Below, in pieces: positions 58,135 through 64,000 of a stretch of DNA of 64,000 nucleotides (the stretch's first letter is position 1; each line of letters begins with the position of its first letter). The DNA lies in assembly GCA_963761655.1 (NCBI GenBank), contig CAVXHI010000011.1, forward strand, positions 544,935-608,934, written 5' to 3'. The stretch comes from an uncultured Actinomycetota bacterium. GTDB taxonomy: Bacteria > Actinomycetota > Actinomycetes > Mycobacteriales > SCTD01. A program made the translations under genes and the position numbers. The notes beneath the pieces were generated by a model. The model was given only the letters and a program-made list of their open reading frames with translations. It was not told the DNA's origin and ran no database searches.

Positions 58135-58791
58135 ATGCGCAAGAGCCTGCTGACCGTCGCCCTCGTGGGCGCCCTGTCCCTGACCCTGTCCGCCTGCGGC
58201 GACGACGCGGAGGACACCGGCAGCGGCAAGGCCGACGCGTCCAAGCCGGTCGCGCAGATCGACAACCTCACCGGCAAGATGACCCAGGTGACGCTCGACT
58301 CCGCCTTCGTCACCGGCCTGAAGACCCTCGGCCTCACGCCGGGCACCGTCGGCACCGCCACCATCAGCCCCGAGGGCGTCGCGACCTTCCCGATCACGGG
58401 CGGCAACGCGACCTACTACACCCCCGGCACGAAGGACCCGTACGTCACCGGCCTGATCAACCACGACGGCTCGGGCCTCTCGCTGTCCGCCGGCGGCACC
58501 AAGGTCGAGCTGAAGAACTTCGACGTCGACCCCGGCGCCTCGATGCTCACCGGTGACGTCACCGCCAACGGCACCACCGTCGTCGAGAACACCCCGCTGT
58601 TCTTCCTCGACGGCAGCACCCTCAAGCCGCTCGACACCTCCACGGGCGACGGCGTCCTCGAGGGCACCCAGGTCAAGATCGCCCCCGGTGCGGCCGCGCT
58701 GCTCAACAAGACGTTCAAGACCGACAAGGTCCAGGACTTCGCGCTCGTCGGCATCGCCAAGATCACGCTGACGGTCCCCGCCGCCAAGTAG
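58135..58791 (+). CDS. uncharacterized lipoprotein (paralogue B)
   Basis: Lipobox LTLSAC and GAGAGGA before the ATG. About half of the positions are identical to paralogue A, by eye. Confidence 0.75.
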   Translation: MRKSLLTVALVGALSLTLSACGDDAEDTGSGKADASKPVAQIDNLTGKMTQVTLDSAFVTGLKTLGLTPGTVGTATISPEGVATFPITGGNATYYTPGTKDPYVTGLINHDGSGLSLSAGGTKVELKNFDVDPGASMLTGDVTANGTTVVENTPLFFLDGSTLKPLDTSTGDGVLEGTQVKIAPGAAALLNKTFKTDKVQDFALVGIAKITLTVPAAK

Positions 58792-58808
58792 CTCGCACTC
58801 TCCGCCGG

Positions 58809-58836
58809 CGGGGAGCAGGCGCACGCCTGCTCCCCG
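58809..58836 (+). terminator. intrinsic terminator hairpin after lipoprotein B
   Basis: CGGGGAGCAGGC-gcac-GCCTGCTCCCCG, a 12-bp perfect stem, 18 nt after the stop. Confidence 0.7.
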
Positions 58837-58864
58837 CTGTCGTGCAACGGCTCGTCCTGGGAAG

Positions 58865-59527
58865 GTGACCGGCATGACCCCGCTCCCGTGCCAGCTGCTG
58901 GTCCTCGCCAAGGAGCCGGTCGCCGGACGCGTCAAGACCCGCCTCACCCCGCCGTTCACGCCCCAGCAGGGCGCGGACGTCGCCGCCGCCTCGCTGGCCG
59001 ACACCCTGGCTGCGGTCGCCGCCACGCCGGTCGCCCGCCGGGTCCTCGTCCTGGACGGCGCCGTCAGCTTCCCGCTCCCGGCCGGCTTCGACGTCCTGCC
59101 GCAGAGCGAGGGCGGCCTGGACGCCCGGCTGACCGCCGCCTTCGCCGACGCCGCCGCCGGCTCGGACCTGCCGCTGCTGCTCGTCGGCATGGACACCCCG
59201 CAGGTCACCCCCGCGCTGCTCACCGGCGCCGTGCAGGCGCTGCTCGCGGCCGGGTCCGTGCTCGGGCTCGCCGCCGACGGCGGGTGGTGGGCCTGCGGGC
59301 TGACCGCCCCGCACCCCCGCGCCTTCGACGGCGTCCCGATGTCCAGCGACCGCACGGGCGCGGCCCAGGCCGCCCGGCTCGCCGAGCTCGGCCTGACGCC
59401 GGCAGACCTCCCGGTGCTGCGCGACGTCGACACCGCCGCCGACCTCGACGAGGTCCTCCCGCTGCTGCCTCACGACGCCGCCCTGGCCCGGCTGGCGGCG
59501 TCGCTGCCGGTCGGAGCACCGGCGTGA
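58865..59527 (+). CDS. DUF2064 (TIGR04282-like, CofC-related nucleotidyltransferase/glycosyltransferase-like) protein
   Basis: LLVLAKEPVAGRVKTRLTPPF, LLLVGMDTPQV, and DGGWWACGL, which resembles the DGGYyllG-type motif. The family call is by resemblance. Confidence 0.6.
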   Translation: MTGMTPLPCQLLVLAKEPVAGRVKTRLTPPFTPQQGADVAAASLADTLAAVAATPVARRVLVLDGAVSFPLPAGFDVLPQSEGGLDARLTAAFADAAAGSDLPLLLVGMDTPQVTPALLTGAVQALLAAGSVLGLAADGGWWACGLTAPHPRAFDGVPMSSDRTGAAQAARLAELGLTPADLPVLRDVDTAADLDEVLPLLPHDAALARLAASLPVGAPA

Positions 59528-60171
59528 CCGCGCCCACCGACGTCTACGGGCAGGCCCTGCACGGGAGCGACGTCCGCATCCGCTACGCCGACGGCGCCAC
59601 CCTCCCGCTCGACGCCCCGCGCTGGGTCCGGGCCGAGCTGCCCGGCGACGACGAGCTGCTCAGCCGCTGCGGCAGCGCCACCCTCGACGTCGGCTGCGGC
59701 CCCGGCCGCCTCGCCCGCGCCCTGCTGGCCGGGGGCATCGCCTGCACCGGCGTCGACGTCGCACCCGCCGCCGTGGAGCTCGCCCGGGCGCGGGGCGCCC
59801 AGGTGCTGCACGCCTCCGTCCACGACCCCCTGCTCGACGCCACCCGCTGGTCGACCGTCCTGCTCGCCGACGGCAACATCGGCATCGGTGGTGACCCCGT
59901 CGGACTCCTCCGCCGGGCCCGCGACCTGCTCTCCGAGGACGGCCACGTAGTGCTCGAGCTCGACCCCCCGACGACGTCGACCCGCCGCGTGCGCGTCCGC
60001 CTCGAGGCCGGCACGTCGGCCTCGTCGTGGTTCCCGTGGGCGCACGTGTCGGCCGCCGACCTCGACGCCGTCGCCCTCGGCGCGGGGCTGCAGACGGTCG
60101 AGGCGTGGAGCGCCGTCGGCCGCCACTTCGCCGTCCTGGCTCGGGCCGGCGCCGCCCGGGCCGCCGCGTGA
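59524..60171 (+). CDS. SAM-dependent methyltransferase
   Basis: GTGA overlap. Motif I TLDVGCGPGRLARAL. VLLADGNIGIGGDP. Confidence 0.7.
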   Translation: MTAPTDVYGQALHGSDVRIRYADGATLPLDAPRWVRAELPGDDELLSRCGSATLDVGCGPGRLARALLAGGIACTGVDVAPAAVELARARGAQVLHASVHDPLLDATRWSTVLLADGNIGIGGDPVGLLRRARDLLSEDGHVVLELDPPTTSTRRVRVRLEAGTSASSWFPWAHVSAADLDAVALGAGLQTVEAWSAVGRHFAVLARAGAARAAA

Positions 60172-61520
60172 CGACCCCGGACGGCGTCCCCCGCGACCAG
60201 GCGGAGCACCCCTACGGCTGGCCCGCCCCGCTGTGGCGGCTGATCGAGGAGCGCGGCCGGCCGCCGCTGCGGCTGTTCGACGCCCGCATCTGGCGCAGCC
60301 CGATCCGGGGCCCCTGGCTGACCGCGGTGTTCGCCGCAGTCCTGCTGGTCGGCCTGCCGGTCGTCATGGTCACGGGCTTCCTGTCCTACGCCGCCTACGA
60401 GCCGCGCTTCCCCGGCAACGCCTTCCCGGTCGACCCGGTGCTGCGCTTCCCGTACTTCCCCTGGCCGTCGGGCGTCTCGTGGCTGTACCGCCTCAACCAG
60501 GGGCTGCACGTCGGCCTCGGCCTCGCGCTCGTGCCCGTGGTGCTGGCCAAGCTCTGGTCGGTCGTGCCGAAGCTGTTCGACTGGCCGCCGGCCCGGTCGA
60601 TCGCCCAGGTCCTGGAGCGCCTGACGATCGCGCTGCTGGTCGGCGGGATCCTGTTCGAGCTGGCCACCGGCGTGCTGAACATCCAGTACGACTACGTCTT
60701 CGGGTTCGACTTCTACACCGGCCACTACTACGGCGCCTGGGTCTTCCTGGCCGCCTTCGCCGCCCACGTCGTCCTCAAGCTGCCCGTCATGCTGCGGTCG
60801 CTGCGGAGCAGGTCGCTGCGCGAGGAGCTGCGCACCCCGCTCGAGCGCACGGTCCCCGAGCCGCCCGACCCCGACGGCCTCGTCGCCCCCGAGCCGGCCG
60901 CGCCCACCATGAGCCGTCGCGGCGCGCTGGCCCTGGTCGGCGGCAGCGCCCTCGTCGTCACCGCGGTCACGGTCGGGGAGACCCTCGGCGACGCCGTCCG
61001 CCCGACCGCCCTGCTGTCACCGCGCGGACAGAGCTACGGCGACGGCCCGACCGACTTCCAGGTGAACCGGACGGCCTTCGGGGCCCAGATCACCCCCGAC
61101 CTGACCGACGCCGACTGGCGCCTCGAGCTCATGGGCCCGACGCCGGTGCTCCTGTCGCGGGACCAGCTGCTCGCGATGCCGCAGCACACCGTCGACCTGC
61201 CGATCGCCTGCGTCGAGGGCTGGTCGACCGTGCAGACGTGGACCGGGGTGCGGCTGCGCGACCTCGTCGCCCTGGCCGGGTCGGCCCGACCGGACTCGGC
61301 GGTCGTCACGTCGCTGGAGAAGGCCGGCGCCTTCTCCCGGGCCACCCTCGGCCGGCAGCACCTGACGAACCCGGACTCCCTGCTGGCGCTCAAGGTCAAC
61401 GGCGTCGACCTGTCGATGGACCACGGCTACCCGGCCCGCGTCATCGCGCCCGCCCTGCCCGGCGTCCACAACACCAAGTGGGTCCGCGGGATCGCCGTCG
61501 ACGAGCAGGTCCGGGCGTGA
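60168..61520 (+). CDS. membrane-anchored molybdopterin-dependent (sulfite-oxidase-fold) oxidoreductase
   Basis: GTGA overlap. N-terminal about 240 aa with 4-5 TM helices. C-terminal Moco domain: LPIACVEGWSTVQTWTGVRLRDL, GYPARVIAPALPGVHNTKWV. Confidence 0.7.
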   Translation: MTTPDGVPRDQAEHPYGWPAPLWRLIEERGRPPLRLFDARIWRSPIRGPWLTAVFAAVLLVGLPVVMVTGFLSYAAYEPRFPGNAFPVDPVLRFPYFPWPSGVSWLYRLNQGLHVGLGLALVPVVLAKLWSVVPKLFDWPPARSIAQVLERLTIALLVGGILFELATGVLNIQYDYVFGFDFYTGHYYGAWVFLAAFAAHVVLKLPVMLRSLRSRSLREELRTPLERTVPEPPDPDGLVAPEPAAPTMSRRGALALVGGSALVVTAVTVGETLGDAVRPTALLSPRGQSYGDGPTDFQVNRTAFGAQITPDLTDADWRLELMGPTPVLLSRDQLLAMPQHTVDLPIACVEGWSTVQTWTGVRLRDLVALAGSARPDSAVVTSLEKAGAFSRATLGRQHLTNPDSLLALKVNGVDLSMDHGYPARVIAPALPGVHNTKWVRGIAVDEQVRA

Positions 61521-61939
61521 GGCGGCTCTACGGCAGCTCCGTCCTGCACCTGCTCACCGTCCTCGGCTGCCTGGCGCTGGCCGGAGCCGCGATCGTCGAG
61601 CTCGCCGGTGGTCCGGCCGCCCTCAAGATCGGCGCCTGGTTCCTCGGCGCCGTCCTGCTGCACGACCTCGTGCTGTTCCCCCTCTACGCCGCGGCCGACC
61701 GGGCGGCGTCGTCGGTGCTGCCGCGCGGGTCGGTGAACTGGGTGCGCGTCCCGACCCTGCTGTCCGGCCTGCTGCTGCTGATGTTCTGGCCGGTCGTCAC
61801 GCAGCACAGCGAGGAGTCGTTCCGCTTCGCCAGCAGCCTGCGCCAGGACGTCTACCTCCAGCGGTACCTCGTCATCGTCGGCGTGCTGTTCCTCGGCAGC
61901 GCCCTGCTGTTCGCCCTGAGCAGGCTCCGCCGACGGTGA
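61517..61939 (+). CDS. small polytopic membrane protein
   Basis: GTGA overlap at both ends. 140 aa with 4 hydrophobic segments. Confidence 0.6.
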   Translation: MRRLYGSSVLHLLTVLGCLALAGAAIVELAGGPAALKIGAWFLGAVLLHDLVLFPLYAAADRAASSVLPRGSVNWVRVPTLLSGLLLLMFWPVVTQHSEESFRFASSLRQDVYLQRYLVIVGVLFLGSALLFALSRLRRR

Positions 61940-63000
61940 GGGTCCTGCTCACCGGCGGGGCCGGCTTCATCGGCGGTCACGTCGCCACGGCCCTGCTCGA
62001 CGACGGCCACGAGGTCGTCGTCCTCGACGCCCTGCTCCCCGACGTCCACCCGGGAGGCTGGCCGGCGCACCTGGACCCCCGGGTCGAGCGGGTCCAGGCG
62101 GACGTGCGGGACGGGGTGGACCTCACCGGGGTGGACGCCGTGTGCCACCAGGCCGCCGTCGTCGGCCTCGGCGTCGACCTCCAGGACCTGCCGCACTACG
62201 TCGGCGTCAACGAGCTCGGGACCGCCGTCCTGCTCGCGGCCATGGACGCCGCGGGCGTGCGCCGCCTGGTGCTGGCCAGCTCGATGGTGGTCTACGGCGA
62301 GGGCCGCTACGCCTGCCCGGTGCACGGCGTCGTCCGGCCCGGGCCGCGGGCGCGGACCGACCTCGACGGCGGCCGGTTCGAGCCGCCCTGCCCCCTGTGC
62401 GGCGCCGACCTCGCCTGGCAGCTCGTCCCCGAGGACGCCGCGCTCGACCCGCGCAGCGTCTACGCCGCCACCAAGACCGCGCAGGAGCACCTGTGCAGCG
62501 CCTGGGCGCGCGGCACGGGCGGCAGCGTCGCGGCGCTGAGGTACCACAACGTCTACGGCCCGCGGATGCCCAAGGACACCCCGTACGCCGGGGTCGCGTC
62601 CCTGTGGCGGAGCGCGCTGGCGCGCGGGGAGGCGCCGCGGGTGTTCGAGGACGGGCAGCAGCAGCGCGACTTCGTGCACGTCCGCGACGTCGCCCGGGCC
62701 AACCTGCTCGCCCTGGGCGCGGACCTGCCGGAGGGGCTGCACCCGTTCAACGTCGCGAGCGGACGCCCCGCCGGCATCGGCGACGTCGCGGACGTCCTGG
62801 CGCGCGAGGCCGGCGGCCCCGCCCCCGTCGTGACCGGGGAGTACCGGCTCGGCGACGTCCGGCACGTCGTCGCCTCCCCCGAGCGTGCCCGCCGCGAGCT
62901 GGGGTTCTCCGCGGAGGTCGGGCTCGAGGAGGGGATGGCCGAGTTCGCGGCCGCTCCGCTGCGGGGCGAACAGGACGGTTCAGGCTCCGCCGGACACTGA
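61936..63000 (+). CDS. NAD-dependent epimerase/dehydratase (extended SDR)
   Basis: MRVLLTGGAGFIGGHV, YAATKTAQE (YxxxK). It has an inserted CP..G...PPCPLCG segment. Confidence 0.8.
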   Translation: MRVLLTGGAGFIGGHVATALLDDGHEVVVLDALLPDVHPGGWPAHLDPRVERVQADVRDGVDLTGVDAVCHQAAVVGLGVDLQDLPHYVGVNELGTAVLLAAMDAAGVRRLVLASSMVVYGEGRYACPVHGVVRPGPRARTDLDGGRFEPPCPLCGADLAWQLVPEDAALDPRSVYAATKTAQEHLCSAWARGTGGSVAALRYHNVYGPRMPKDTPYAGVASLWRSALARGEAPRVFEDGQQQRDFVHVRDVARANLLALGADLPEGLHPFNVASGRPAGIGDVADVLAREAGGPAPVVTGEYRLGDVRHVVASPERARRELGFSAEVGLEEGMAEFAAAPLRGEQDGSGSAGH

Positions 63001-63051
63001 CGATGGGAGACTGAGCCCTCCCCCCTCCGCTCGACCTCAGGAGTCCGCACC

Positions 63052-64000
63052 GTGCCCGCCCTGCGCCGCACCGCCGTGAGCCTCCTGCTCGCGGCCTCGG
63101 CCCTCGTCCCGACCTCCGCCTCCGCCTCCGACCTCTCGTCGCCCGTCCCGGCCGCCAGCACGCTGGACCGGCAGGTCGCGCAGCAGCAGGCCGACCTGGC
63201 CGCGCAGGCCCGCCGTCTGCAGGACGCCGAGCGCGCGGCCGGCCAGGCCCTCGAGGCCCGGCAGGCCGCCGAGCGGGCTGCCAGCCTGGCCGAGCGGCAG
63301 GCCCGCGAGGAGGCCGTCCGCCTGCAGGCGGCCACCGTGGCCGTGACCGAGGCCCAGGACGGGCTCGACGACTTCGCGGCGGCGCTCTACCGCGGGGGCC
63401 CGTCCCTGTCCTACGTCACCGCGGCGATCGTCACCGACGACCCCGCCGGCCTGCTGCACGACGTCCAGGTCGCCCAGCAGGTCGGCGACGTCAAGGCCCA
63501 GGACTACACGGCGTTCCAGGTCGCCGAGGCCGCGCAGCGCCAGGCCGTGCAGCGCAGCCGGGCGGCGTCCGCCCGCGCCTTCGTCCTGCGCCAGCAGGCC
63601 CGCAGCGCCCAGGCCCGCGCCGACGCCGCCGCCGCCGACCAGTCCGCCCTCGTCCAGGAGCAGCAGGGCCGGCTGGCCGACCTCGTCGACGCCGCCGCCG
63701 CCGCCCACCTGCGCGAGGAGCGCCTGGCCCAGGCCGAGCAGCTCGCCCTGCTGCGCTCGAACGCCGGCATCCCGGTCAGCGCCCTCGCCGGGGCGCTCGT
63801 CCCCCGCCCCACCGCCCTCTGCGCCGGCGGGGACCTGAAGGGCTTCCCCAACGGCCAGCTGCCGGAGTCGGCGCTGTGCCCGCTGTGGGGCACCGCCGGC
63901 CAGGTCCTGCGTGCCGACGCCGCGGCCGCCTTCGACGAGATGTCGCACGCCTACGCCGCCGAGACCGGTGAGCCGCTCTGCGTCACCGACTCCTACCGCA
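63052..64000 (+). CDS. secreted D-alanyl-D-alanine carboxypeptidase family (VanY/M15B-like) protein with coiled-coil N-region, 3' end outside window
   Basis: GTG 63052 with AGGAG 9 nt upstream. Signal peptide ...TSASASD, then a long Ala/Gln coiled-coil. LRADAAAAFDEMSHAYAAETGEPLCVTDSYR matches the start of the VanY-type domain. Confidence 0.65.
   Translation, partial: MPALRRTAVSLLLAASALVPTSASASDLSSPVPAASTLDRQVAQQQADLAAQARRLQDAERAAGQALEARQAAERAASLAERQAREEAVRLQAATVAVTEAQDGLDDFAAALYRGGPSLSYVTAAIVTDDPAGLLHDVQVAQQVGDVKAQDYTAFQVAEAAQRQAVQRSRAASARAFVLRQQARSAQARADAAAADQSALVQEQQGRLADLVDAAAAAHLREERLAQAEQLALLRSNAGIPVSALAGALVPRPTALCAGGDLKGFPNGQLPESALCPLWGTAGQVLRADAAAAFDEMSHAYAAETGEPLCVTDSYR

Overview
The window is a very GC-rich (by eye well above 70%), densely coding actinobacterial chromosomal segment. 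The backbone is conserved core metabolism. Its gene order resembles the Mycobacterium uvrD1-sucCD-perM-purNH neighbourhood: sdhB (3' end), trpS, a livFGHM plus binding-protein ABC operon, monomeric icd, mdh, folD, purH, purN, a perM-like gene, sucDC, pcrA/uvrD1 and ogt. Between these lie three ECF-sigma/membrane-partner pairs, a GGDEF-EAL protein, and a membrane pseudokinase near an FHA-LuxR regulator. There are also two tandem LPXTG-anchored S15-type hydrolases, two tandem lipoprotein paralogues, a GT87-like glycosyltransferase and a five-gene translationally coupled operon. I saw no rRNA, tRNA, CRISPR array, transposase or integrase. The candidates most worth a second look are: (1) a translationally coupled acVLRF1-like peptidyl-tRNA hydrolase plus RNase III-domain gene pair (54613-55904); (2) a 672-bp non-coding, repeat-packed region downstream of sucD (35744-36415), containing a C-tract/G4 motif, a 67-bp direct repeat and a 15-bp x8 tandem array; (3) a repeat-containing coiled-coil gene broken by two single-base insertions; (4) purN and a HEAT-repeat gene, whose conserved or coding 5' parts have no ATG/GTG/TTG start; (5) several accessory genes whose codon-position composition switches frame and back while housekeeping genes stay clean. 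That last pattern may be compensated frameshifts or an assembly/polishing artefact. All calls come from reading translations and motifs by eye. No database search was run, so family names are recognition-based and start codons are approximate.
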